From Styela clava (lineage: Eukaryota), in NCBI RefSeq assembly GCF_964204865.1, contig NC_135263.1, positions 9,362,001 to 9,426,000 on the forward strand: a stretch of DNA of 64,000 nt. Reading direction: 5' to 3'. Positions 15,201 to 28,800 of the stretch are shown piece by piece. The notes under the pieces are model-generated. The model saw only the letters and a program-made list of their open reading frames with translations, did no database searches and was not told the DNA's origin. How positions within the stretch are numbered: position 1 is the stretch's first letter; every line of letters begins with the position of its first letter. Both the position numbers and the translations under genes were made by a program.

Positions 15201-16449
15201 AAATTTCCTCGAAAGAAGCAACTGTGTTACAAAGTAGCAAAACACGACAACAATTTGAAGCTTTTTATTAAATTACATCATCTTCCACATTTTAAAATTT
15301 CATGTTTTTAAAAATATTTTGTTATTATCCTTTCTTTGAGCCTATAGTTTGAATTGTAAACCATTAAATCAACAGTCTGGTATATTATAGAGCTATATAC
15401 TATCCACATTCAAACGCTGATTATTTTTCTTATAATTTATTAATGTCTCATTAGCGTATGAATTCGATTTTTATATCGGCACGAAACGACCATTATAAAT
15501 CACTTGTAACATTGTGGGAGACTCACATTATCTTACTTTTCAATTGAAATCAAACTACGAGGATTATTATTATCTCATTTATTTATTCAGAGTTGTCTAA
15601 GTTGATGAAGGATATGATATAATCAACGGAAGAAATAATCCACGGCAAACTGAAATATATCACATTTGTTTGTCTTTCCCGCGACATAGATATTACACAA
15701 ATAAAACGAATTGACATTTAATACATTTTATCTGTCTCCTTTCAGACGCAACGTCACTCAAATAAATCAACAACAAGCAAAAAATTAACCTCGTTACCAT
15801 GTATGAGCAAGGTAATGAATAGAAATTATTTTATATTCTCCTGTAATTAATGAGAGTTGTTTTTTCCTAGAAAGATAATGGATGCACAGTTTTATATAAA
15901 AAACCACATCTTTCCCCCATTCACCAGTAACAAGCACTTCATATCTATTGTACAATCATACTTAATCAGTGAAATAATAAACTTTTAAATTGACATTTAA
16001 ACACATGTAACAAAGGCATGCTTTCATTAAATGATGTTTAGAAAAAAAAAAAATTTTTTAATATTTTACATTTTAGTGATAAAAATGGCGTTTCGATAGA
16101 ATGCTGTCAACCGATGTCGTCAATGTCAGGTCGAATTCAGAAACTTTAGAGTTGTTTAGCGTTCCTCCATACCAGACATCAAAAGCAAATTAGTTGCGAA
16201 AATTTACAGCAAAATCCATGGATTAGGTAGATTTTAAATTTAATAGTGCAATCAATAACCATCATTTGGGATCAACTGAAGAATCTCCACCTGTTGTCAA
16301 TTGTCATAATCACTAGGCATTTGTCTGGTAAATATGAAATGAACATAAATAAAAATTTAAAGTAAGCCTGCCCAAAAACAATCGATAATAATAAATGGTT
16401 CTCGGAAATGTTATTTCTTATAACTCAATAGCAATAAATAATTTTATAT

Positions 16450-17560
16450 TTTTTTCGAGGGAAATCCAAATGAAGATCAGCTCATTTCAATTACAAAAGT
16501 AACTAGTGCTACCCGTGTATCTGCCTCCAAGTTCTATTTAGACAAGGAATCGCGCATATACTTGGCTCAGTATTTGCAAAACATCTTCGGCAGTCTCTTA
16601 AATTTAACTCCGAATCATTAAGTTCCAGGAGATTTACGATACACATTTCAACTCATCCGGATGATAATAAAACTTTGATATTTCGACGTTAACACTTTAC
16701 TGAACAATGAGAATAAACTAACATTTTGTCGAAAAGGCAATATATGCCACTTTGCTTATTAACTTTACTTCTTTTTATTTGCGGGCACCCATTGCTGAAC
16801 ATGTGGAGGCAGCTGACATCTTTAATGTTATGAATTTTTCAGTTACAGACGGTGTGTTAACCAAAAACCAACAGAGAGTATCTCTGTCAATGAAGGATTG
16901 CATGTTTATTTTGCTCAGTACAAGATAATATTTTCACTTTGAAGAAGAAAACCGTAATTGGGGTGAATTTCTAAAAGATCGAGAAAATGGATCCATCCTT
17001 GCCCAGGAGTTGAAAAGATCATCGTGGCCCAGAGATTGATAATGTCCCGGAGACATATTTACTTATGATCAATAATTGGCCATTTGCAATTTTAGACCAA
17101 TCAAAATATACACGAAAATTTGAGCAATGCTATGACAAGACATAAACAAAAAAGAAATTATAGAAACAAAAAAGAAAGTATGTAGACACTCAAAGTTACC
17201 GAAACTAGATTGTCTTGTAAAATCAACAACAGCATATAATAGCCTGGATATTTGCCTACGCAAGTTAAGTACATAAGCCTATAATTAGTTATAGAAATTT
17301 TAAAATACTTTCGGATTTTACTACGAAATATCTGGTATATTAAAAATGGGAGGGGAAATATTATCTTCATTTCCTTCCTTCAGGTTTCAACAGTTGAAAC
17401 ACACTTTGAAATGTGTTTTGTTACAACTCAAAGCTGTCATAATGCAGCCAGATAAAACATTGCCACTGCCATATGACTGCACTTATATTAAAGTATAAAG
17501 TTGTAGAACAAAATTTAATATCGTGTTGATCACAGTTGCGAAACCAAGTAAAAATTCGAT
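16450..17560 (+). mobile_element. Highly decayed Penelope-like retroelement (RT remnant)
   Basis: One frame from 16559 reads YLAQYLQNIFGSLLNLTPNH*V...KL*YFDVNTLLNN, compared with the Penelope RT pattern YxLAKYLxxILxPL...SFDVxSLFTN at the expected ~40-aa spacing. At ~16930, IFT/EEENRN..EFL..RENGS resembles IKFTxExE...LPFLD. Boundaries approximate. Confidence 0.45.
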
Positions 17561-18159
17561 TAATCCATCTTGCTTGCTTATTTGATTAAACTCTACCGTT
17601 TTTCTTGCTGAATTACACTTAAAACAACAACGAAATTCAAGACATCGTTTCCGTAAACTTTCAACAGAATCAAATCAACAATGGAATGATGAGACTTCCT
17701 TTAACTATATGTACGTCGGCTTTTTGAAACAAATTTTCAATGCGGTATCAAACTGGGTTTCTCCCACTTTCGGTTTCGTGTGATAGACAAATAAACATGC
17801 AATTAAATTTCGAAATACAATCCCTATACTGATACGTTTTCCGGACGAAACAAGCTTCAATGACTTGTTCTGGGCGATGTAATGCAAAATGAATCCTTCC
17901 GGCCTCGGATATGATCAAATTTCATGTCTATTGAAAATTAGTCTTTAGCAGAGAATTACTGATCTAGTTTTTGTTTGTCATACAAATCCTTTTTCTTATA
18001 AGTTTCGTTTTGAATTATTATTTCTATGAAATTAATTATAAGCATGTAGGATATCAGTACTACATGTCAATGTAGTTCATCTTTCTTGAAGGATAGTATG
18101 TTTAACGACGATATCCAATATTTCATCACTATCCCCATAATTTTAGGTACATATGATAC

Positions 18160-18299
18160 GTGAGTCACTTCGCTAGTCCCCGAACTCGTAATAGAACTAA
18201 AATAAGAAATATTGGAATAAAATTATGGCCTAACCCTAACCTGTTACACATACTACGTTCCGGTGTCCGCCAACTTGGTTCACATACTTCGGGAGTACC
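18160..18299. mobile_element. One-ended relative of the palindromic MITE family
   Basis: Ends in CTTGGTTCACATACTTCGGGAGTACC, the same terminus as the other copies; contains CCTAACCCTAACC. Left boundary uncertain. Confidence 0.6.
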
Positions 18300-21200
18300 C
18301 TTTTCCCGCTTTGGTAGTATTGATAAGAAGCACTTATCGCAATTATAGTAGATGTTATGTTATCAAATCTAATAAGATTGACTTCGTAGTTTGTTCAACC
18401 CCAAAAATGTGCAAAATAACAATTGTTCATCATAATCATATGAAGCCAATCCTTTCATATTATATTCTGAAGAGGTATATTCAAGTTTAACGACATCATA
18501 TTCTTATTTAAACAATAAATTTTAATTTTTAAGTTTAAAACATAATTTTATGAAAAAAATAATTTTATTTTCCTTATCTCAAACATATAAACATAATTGA
18601 AGGACGCAAATTCGTCGCGCGTTTAGTATAAGAATTGTGCTTCTCGATTTTTAATTAAGCTATTTTACTATGGATTTGTTTCTAGTGCGACTAAAAATAT
18701 TTTAACCAATTAAACAAAAATAATTCGAAGTATTCATGCTCATTAACTCGTATATACATCAAATCTATGTTTACTTGACGGAGTTGGTAAAATAACTGAA
18801 TATTTTTAATACTATTGCTAGAACTTGTAAAGCTATATCTCATTTCTATTTAGTTAATAAATTACTACTAGAAACAACATTTCTGTGTGATGGATTCGTC
18901 GAAAAATATTTGATGATAACCTCTGATTAAACCACAATAAATGTGACGGTACATAATCTAATGTATAAATATTAGCATGAAACTTAACTTCCTTTTACAT
19001 TTGTAAATTGCTTCGGGTCTATTAACCCTTCTGTAGCAACTTACAAATTGGTGACATTCCATTCAATATAGACTTGAAACAGAGATAAAACTACTCTATA
19101 CACCGTATATTTTCGATATACCATGGTTGGGTGAGATAAATTAAAATTGAGATGAGAATTAACGGGTTAATTTTGATAGTTGTCACCTATCACTAACAGA
19201 GGCAGATACCAATGCACTCTTTGTCTACTTTATGTATTTGCGTTTTCAGATAATATGTTTGTCGCGGGAAAAACAAACGTTTATAGTTTAATGATAAACA
19301 GTAATATCAATATTATATATCATACTGTCACTATTTTATAATTTATCGAAGACAAAGAACAAATAGAGAGATAATAATGTCAGTTTTGTATAATTTGTCG
19401 TCTGTGTAATTTGTCATTTATGTATCAGAAAAAGAGTTTGAAAAAATGTTAAAATTAAGGAGTAATTTCTTAGTAAATCAAATGTTAGGTGCCTCCTACC
19501 TCGTCAAAAATATTTTACAGAAAAACATCAACTGAAACGTTCATGGTATAAAGAAAAAATAACATATTGCTAGCAAATTTTGAATTTAGTGTACCAGTAT
19601 AAAGTTTAGAATTAGAAAAAAATAATATAATTTATTTGCCAATAAAGACGGACAAAACCTTGAATAGCATAATGGTTCAGCCAAGCGGTGAATTCTATAA
19701 TAGTACAGTATGTTTCCTATAAAAAAAAATTATCCAATATACTGATTGCCTGTTATATTAGAAAGGTATGCTGATGTTTTCATGAAGGTTGCTCGTTCGC
19801 TTTGATGGACATAATCATTACATTACATTACATAAACAAAGCAGAGACAAACTTGAATGATTTTATCTATTGGAAAATCCAGATTTTTGTTATTGTATAA
19901 TATTATTGAAATTTATAACATATTTGTGAGTGTTACATGTTCATCATTTTAGATTCAATTTTTCTTTTAATTTTGAGGTAATCGTTTATGATAACACAAA
20001 TCGTATTAGTTTATGATTAAAGTTCTATGTCATTTTATTCTAAACTTACACCTAAATTGAGGTGTGTGTAAAACACTAAACAATCTGAAAGCTAGATGCT
20101 GTTACCACGACTTGATATATATACATTGTGTTTGACATTGTTAGAGCGCAATCGCAAGCATGGTCTAACAAGTGTTTACTATAAACTGCCATGACGTATG
20201 TTTATATTCCCACAAAGTTATGTCAGCAATATATATATAATAATTGCGTTGTATTTTTATATTCATATCTTTTTGTAAATTTGGTATTTTTGTTGTTTAA
20301 AGATATTTGATCGCGCGTAAATTAATATTATTACCACACAATATTTTTTCATGGAAAACGCACGTTTCATATTGTTATGTATATTTTGACGTATATAGCA
20401 AAATAATCTGGTTATTTTACTATATTCTATCAGTGCTTTTGTTAATTTTTTCACATATATAGAATAATTATGATCATGTTTGCACGACGAAAGCATAACA
20501 AACGAAACATAGATATACCAGTTTCTACTTCTACAATCATTGAATGAAATAAACTCGAGTAACTTTTACTGTGAAATTCAAATCTTTTTGCTTGTTATTG
20601 CATTTTGCTATGGATTGATATTTTTCAATATTTTTGTTTTGTTATTTTGTCAGTTTTTGATTTTATCTTCTGCGGGTTGTATCAGGTTGTTTAATTCATC
20701 ATACACCTTCACCATGAAATGTAATAATATTTGACACATAGGTATTATACATAAATACTACGAAAAGACTAACGATCACGTCTAGCAAAACACGAAAAAA
20801 TTCAAAACAACAAATAAATACATGTATCGGGAAATAGCTTCACCATTATGGAATGTTGAATACGTGACCCGTGTCATCCTTATGGCTAATCTTTATTAAG
20901 TTAACAATACGTGTTTAAAATTTCATTTCAGTTTGTACCAATACCAAATATAATAGGTAATTTTTTTAAAAGCCCTAATGCGACGAATTTTTATATACTC
21001 TTTTCATAGCTTTTGTTAACAAAGTTTCGTTCTCAATAATTTGCTTTGTTTTCAATTCTTTTATATTACCCAGTACATTTGCATTTCTGTACCTCACGAA
21101 CATCTAACTAACATGTTACACAATGAATACACAGAATAGTTTTTTATTTATTCACCATCGAAGCATGAAATATGGCAGAAATGAAATATATATTTTTGGC

Positions 21201-21308
21201 AATGTTTCATATTTCTATTACAAAGTCATTCCCATATCGAACAATTCCAAACTATAAGCGATGGTTTGTCATGGGTAATGAAGTAAACGTCGCATTTGAT
21301 TGAAAATT

Positions 21309-22891
21309 GTTCACCTGTAATTTGTTATTTGGATTGACCCAACTAAAGTCTCGTATTTACAACATATCAAAATATCAAAAGGTATTATTCTCTCTATATC
21401 GTACTATCCCTATCTATAATGATGATGGAAAGTGAATTAGATTGAAATTTGATGTCTATTTCAAATCTTAATATATAATTATATATTGTAAGTCTTAACA
21501 TTTATAAATTATCTAATATTGTCTTGAACTGGTATTGTATGTCGAAGAATCTCGAATTAGCAAGACAATATCTGCATTTTCATATATGCAAATTACCTTT
21601 ATACATAATCAAAAACTGGACATTAACTAATTCCGATTAATTCAATTAAATTTTTGTCTTATTCCACAATAACATTGCTCAGTTTCGTTGAATATTTCTG
21701 GGCTCTGAATTTTACAAACATACCAGTTCCTAAATAAATAGCGCATAAGAATAGTAAAATATATTCCTGTTTCAAGTTGAGGTTGACATAAATATACTCT
21801 AGGTGTTGAGTTTAAACAAAATTCAATCAACCAGAAATAAACATTTTAGCTACATATTACAGAATGACTGAAAAAGCCAATCGTGAAATTATGTTTTGCA
21901 CAACAAAAATATGAGTTAGGTGTTACATGATATCATGAAACCTCAGCAAGACAATTCTAGAAATAATCAAAGCTTGAGTTACAATTTGCTGTATACCTTG
22001 TTTGAATGAACTGTAGTTTGGTATGAAATATTTATTTAATTACCATATATAATTGGTGTTTACTTATTTGGTTTTGATTGTTACTTTGATTCTTTAATTC
22101 GGAACATCTTGAAATTACACAAATAAATCTTTACATTTACATACTTTTTATCAATGCTTCAGCGGAACATGGTAAATTGTGGCAACATAGGTAACAAAAT
22201 TGTGATGAGTTTTTGATGTAAGATGTAAAATATTATGACTAATTTTTTTTTTATCAAATTATTTGCATTGAAATAATGAATGACAGAAACGTAACAATTT
22301 ATCAGTCCATTGCAAAATAGACCAATCTTCAATTGTAAATTAAATTACCTATATTCTGAATAATTGTGTATCTGTATTCTCTACAGAATTTATGGTATGA
22401 TATTTTTTTGCACAGTTCTGTGGGACTTCCTGAAGTATGCGCACCAAGATGGCGCACAACCTGAACTCAGGTTGTGTACCAGGTCAGGGTTCAGGTTGTG
22501 CGACATCTTGGTGCGCATACTTCAGGAGTACCGTTCTGTGTATGTTCAATTTTTGGGCATGGCGTAGTTCGTTATAATTCGTTTACTTCAAGATGTGAAT
22601 AAATGTATTTATTTACCTCTTTAACTTTTTGTTGAAGCCTTTGCTTTATATTTTGTATTGCACATTAAAAGTATAATTGACTATTCCCCGCCAAACACCT
22701 TGCTGCCTTTTTGTTCTGATGGTCCCGAACTCTCACCTGTTATAGTCGGTGTATGTGCGACTTCTTTGGATAACCTCAGTTATGTCTATTAATTCCACAC
22801 CGCTGTACTGTTTCAATATTGGTCTGACATGCCGGCGTCTGTTGAAATATCAATAGTTCACCTGTAATTTGTTATTTGGATTGACCCAACT
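21309..22891 (+). repeat. Perfect 36-bp dispersed direct repeat (21309-21344 and 22856-22891)
   Basis: GTTCACCTGTAATTTGTTATTTGGATTGACCCAACT occurs twice, 1547 bp apart. Confidence 0.9.
22423..22532. mobile_element. 110-bp palindromic MITE, Merlin/IS1016-like
   Basis: ~43-bp near-perfect inverted arms (TCCTGAAGTATGCGCACCAAGATGGCGCACAACCTGAAC) with GG...CC termini. 8-bp TSD GTTCTGTG (22415-22422 and 22533-22540). Confidence 0.8.
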
Positions 22892-25800
22892 TAGGCCTCT
22901 TTTTAGAAGTGAAGTTTTCTTCATCCCCAATAGAGAAAATGTTGTTTTTGTAACACTTTATTGCGTATCAATTGCATAACAAAATCTACAACGGGAATCT
23001 AAAATTAACTATGTAACGAGTATGTGAGTTTTTCGAATGATTTCACGGTTGGTTGTAAAATTTTATATATCTACTGCGTAAAGGAATATATGTACGTATG
23101 AATATTTTGTACAATAGAACTATCAGTTGCTGCTTTAAGAAGGATTGATAATTACGCAATACAAAAATGTACTACGACTATTTTTTGTTTCCTAAATATG
23201 GATAGCAAGTTAAATGTTCAATAACATTTAACAAAATGTCTGCCCTGGCAAAAGTTAGATATCTATAAATACTTATGTTGTCACAAACTACTGCAAACTT
23301 ACGAATTGCACAATGCGTGAACAAACAGTAAATTTCCGAACAACCGTACAGTAATCGTCAATCAATATTTATTCAAGATTAAAACTAACGTCGTGTTTAA
23401 CAATTATGATGATTGTAAATTGCCATGTTGTGTTGTTATGCGACATTTCTGATTTATTTCTTTTCTTTTGTTATCTTATTTAAATTAAAGATAATTACAA
23501 CAAGCACTGCTGACAGGCGAATGTGATCGCAAATAAATGATAAACTAAATGACTTTATATGATAAAATAATGTAATGACAAGCGGGATCAAACGTTTATT
23601 ACCAGATAAATCAAAACACTACCGGAAGGTCGAACAAGAGACTGTCACGAGAATCACAAACAATGTTTATCTGCGTGGATAAATCTATTTTGCTATCATT
23701 ATAGGTCATGTAGTAAAGTTGTGGCCTTGAATTCCTTTGCTAATGACATCAATTTTACCGCAAGTCTTTCCACTGATTATTTTGTCTATAATGTCAAAAG
23801 ACAAAGTAAACTATTCTATTCGATTTAATTAGTTAATAACCTGAACATTATATAGGGTTCATATGTGCTAATTTCGAGAAAAAGGTTTTCTGAGTTTCTG
23901 CTGTGTTGTTTGGATATTCCTACAGTATATCTATCACACCTGACTAACCATCAAATTGTATAGACTTGAATTGATGTGGATAATATGAAATCTAATATTT
24001 GGCTACCTGGCTTGTTCGATTTTGAATTACTTTGGGGGAAAACATTGAAAAATAAGTTTTGAATTTGAACTACGTTTGACATGAACTTTTAACATCTATT
24101 TTTATCGTGAGAAACAACGAATTCAATGAATAATAGATTATTGCTGATTCGTTTTAAGAACTGTTGTTTAGTGAGACATCTAATCAAACAGAGACAATTT
24201 TTTCAATTTTCAAACGTGTCGTGCAAAATTAAAATTTTGACAAATACAACAAAAGCAATAAAAGTGCATCCACCAAATGAAATTTGGTTTTTATATTGTA
24301 AATAAGCGTCAGAATTATTCTTAGATGACATGGTATTTGTGTATAATTTTATTTAATGGGGTTTCACATGGACTCAAAATGTTAGATGAAAACCAAAAGA
24401 AACTGCAATGGTGCTAAAACTGACGTATTGTTCTTATCAACGTGACAACATACACCAAAAAAACTAGTGAAAATAACACAGAATTTTATTGAAATATGTC
24501 AAGTGGCAGACTTTTTCAAGTGGTATATTGGTGACATCATTTTTTTCCCAAAATTACCGTTTTGTTGCAGTTGAGATGTTTTATTTTTCACTAATAAACC
24601 TATGCAACATAGTGCCGCTATTTGCATAAAGAAGATGAAGAATTATTTTGCAGATATTTCCAAATGATTAATAAGCGCTTAAACATAACCCTTTTCTTTC
24701 TTACAAAAATAAGATGTGCATATTTATTAACGTAGTCACTTTAATGCAATTGGTTTAAATTACCATCTTACTCTCTTATAAGCGCCATTTGCTAACGCAT
24801 ATTCTTTATATTTCTCAGAATCGCTTATGTATATACAACATTCAAAAACGAATGAAGAACCAAAAAATAACGAAGTCATAATTAATTTTTGAACGTACGT
24901 TTAACTGCGCAACGAAATGATCTAAATTCAAGTATTCATTCATCGTGTAATGTAATATTTGAAAACAGAAAATTATTCTTAAACACGATCTATGTTAGGG
25001 TCAAAGTTTCATCCATCATGTGGACAGGTTGAAAACCAACTATTTATACAAACGAATGAAATAAATTTTTAATGACATTAGATATTGCCAATTTTAAGCT
25101 ACCTGAGATATGTTTACAAGATCCGAACGATGCATTTAGCGGCGAGACATCAATTTCAATTTTTGTCGACAACTGAATTTATTTTAACACATAATTTAAT
25201 TCAAATGAATTGGAATTCTTGTCAGCAAATAAAATCGAAATTGTAAAAAAGACTACGAAACATTTAAAAGAGTTCACTTAGTTTAGTACGTAAAATGAAT
25301 CGTCTGCGCCAAATTTAACAAATGCCGTCCTGAACGAATCGAGCCTTTTCAGGAAGGAACCTCGTAATCAGTTATATATATATATAATGGTAATAAAATG
25401 TTCCAATGCAGTGAGTTTTATATCCATCTTAAAGAAATTGATTTTTACCCATTTATTAGATGTGAATCTCTGTTATCATCAGATATCCACTTACTAGACT
25501 AGTAAAGAGCAAAGTTTGTATGCGGTAGATTGAAGTTGATTTAGTCAAGTGTAGCTTGCTTATTCACTTGGGTTTGTGATTCTAGTGGAAGTTGACACTT
25601 TTTATACTTAGCGTTTACAGGTATACGTTTTCTTATGTGGCACAAGATGACATTTTTCTAAATTGTCCACTCAGTACTTTTACCCGAATGTCTGATTTAT
25701 TTCTTACATGGCGACTATTCATTCCATTGACAAAAAAAAAAGCAGAGAAAAATTGAAATATGATGATTGTTCAATTTTTTCATATAACAAATTGAATGAG

Positions 25801-28800
25801 TCAATATGAGAAATTTCCATTTACGAGAAACAATATTTACGATCGATGAATTGGAAATTGCAAACCAATTCATATCAGATAGCAAAATGCGCATCCGAAA
25901 CTGAATGACACATCAAGAATCAAATATCTTATGCATTGTGCTATGATATTTGTCCGGCATTTCTTTGTGAACAATATTTTCGCTGTTGAATTTCCCAATT
26001 GTTGTCGAAACTGCGAAGGCGACTCATTTGAAGGTATTTGATACCAATGCTGAATCTCAAATATAGTATTGTGTCTTTGTATATCCGATTTTTGAAAATT
26101 TACATTTTAACATACTAACTAGGATAACTGAAATGTGTGAAGTATAGAAATCCAGAATTATAAATATCTAATTTGTAACACATAACGAGCAATGCGTCGC
26201 CATAATTTTATACATTTTCAATATACACTAATACTTGTCTTAGCGTATAGTTTTGCTCACTCAAATCAGTAACCTTTCTTCAGGCAAATATTCTTAAAAA
26301 ATAAAACTTGTATATTCGTATATGGCTGAAGACACGGGAATTTCTCACATTTTCATTTCCTATATAAATAAAATAAATGAATGGCAATTATACCAGTGTA
26401 AAAAGTGCATTAGTCTTTATTTAAATGATCTTTACTCCATGGTCTCCTCAAGTAATTAAATATCCGCATTCCATCGTTTCGTTCATCATCTAAAATAAGA
26501 ACGGGTGTCAGTTTGTTTAGATAAATAATACTTAATACCAGTAAATGTATAAATGACATGTATTACAAATAGCTCAACATTATTTATTTAAAAATTTATC
26601 TCACCTGGAGACAAATAATAGTATTACATACACGATATAAATAAAACTTCCGATTGCTCCACAAAATTGCAAACCGCCTAACATCAACACGTTTGTGAAA
26701 TGAATAAACAGAATTTCAACAACAAATCTAAAGAAAATTTGAGCTTGTATGCTTCATTTCGTCTGAAATATAATTCGACCATGGAAAACTTTACTATATC
26801 GTGAATGTAACCATTTCTGGTAGTATACGAAGACCAAAACATTACAATATGTTGGCAGAAATTTCTTTGCATACAAATCGAAAGAAATTTACAACAGCGA
26901 AAGTGATATCTAAAATGTACCACGTAAAAAGAGCCACAGCGTAGCCTATTTAAAATAAAATTTCCATATTTCATAAGTTGCAATGATAAGGAGACTACAA
27001 CAAGCTTTTATTTCATTATGCATTGTTGGGCACATATATATAATGCTAGTTTCTGATACATGATAAATTTGTTTATACTATGTTAATACTCATATTCACA
27101 AATGATTATTTATGTCACTGTCGAATTATATCTAATTGACATAATCGGGATCGACATAATATGATTTCGAAATACCCTCTATATTTTTGTAGTAGGCGAG
27201 TAGTAGTGTTTTGTAGTAGTATTTATGCCTTGATATCCCACCTCAAAAGAGCGCTTATTAAATCAATTTAGGATGATGCCACGAGTGCTTTCATGATTAT
27301 ATTGTGTGAAATGTATATTTGGAGATTGAGCTCTCAATTTCCGTTAGCAATCGATCAGTTAAACATACGAGAAAAATTATTGGATGATTTGGAATGAATG
27401 ATCGACAAATACTACGCTAGTGTTAATGTAAACTTAATTTTCTCATGTTCAATGTAACACAATGCGAGTTTTTCCATCCATCATACATACAACCCCTAGA
27501 AGCAAATAAAGCCTTTCAGATTTTCAATTTATGCTACTGTAAAAATAATATAGAAATTGTCAAAAATAGGATTCGAAAACGAGAAAAAATCACCACACAT
27601 TCCAATTTGTCAGTCGCATCTGTATGAGAAACAGGAGATTGAACAAATATCAACTGCACGCGATTTGCCTGATGTGAAATATTGAAAAACACAAAAATTT
27701 TATTGATTTGCAGGGTTAATAAATAGCTGTTTAAATGATGACATCCAGTAACAAAACATAAATAAAGTAAATATATACAATATAATTATGGCCCAGATAT
27801 TTTTCCAGTGTTGTCAAACTCATCTGAAGAGCCAACAAAGTTTTGTCAATTTGGAATTCAGGTTGAATTAACACGTTTTTAGTCAATTTATAACTGCGTG
27901 AAACTTTGAGGTTTTTTTTACTTTCTTACTCACTAAATGGTTGATTTTGAATTCCAACAATTCATCATTTACGCAAACAGATTTTGTATACGCCCCACAC
28001 ATTGAAACGGAACTAAATAAATCCATTTCAATTATTTTTATTGAAAATAATTGTATTATTTGAATCGGACAGGTGAGATTTTACCGCACAATGGTTGTGG
28101 GTTGGTCTTATTTAAATAACACATTCATTTATTTTCTAAATTGATAAAGAGTAAAATTCAGAAGCAAATACAAAAATTTGATCGATGTTCAAAACACGTG
28201 TCCGCGTCAAGTTTTTTTTACAGAATAGTATTTACTAATCGTTTAGCTTACTTTATAATAATTTATTGTTACTTTTAAGAATTCTATTATGTTTTTATTT
28301 CGTTCAGCTTCACGTATGGGTTGGATAAATGATTCTAAACAAACTATCAAAAAACAACAGTTTAAACGAGTTGCAATCTTCATTGAATTGGTTTATTAAT
28401 TTGCTAAAATATACGAGGGAAGCCTGAGAGTTTAAAAGCATCTGAAGAGACTTGCTTCACATAACGAATTAGCCAATAGCTTTTAAAAATAACTCTCTAA
28501 TAGATAACTACATATTCTTTCGACCAGTATTTAGAAAACGGATTATATACGGTCGGATTCACTAAATAGTACATGTGTCATCAATACTCTACTTGCCGCC
28601 ACAGAGTCATCTTAGCGCTAACAAATTAACTTGAGTTCGACTAGAGGTTTCAAGCTATCAATTCCCATTTCTATATTTTGAGTAACAGTGCTAAACGTCA
28701 TAATCCAGGCCAAAAATCCTTGTTTGTTTTTGCCGAAAAGTGGATAATGAATGAGATTTGTGTTTGCCACAACAGAGATGAATATCTCACGAAAAGTTGA

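Noticed and set aside
19022-19170. TTAA-CCC...GGG-TTAA, a possible piggyBac MITE
   Set aside because: Inverted similarity does not extend beyond about 5 bp.
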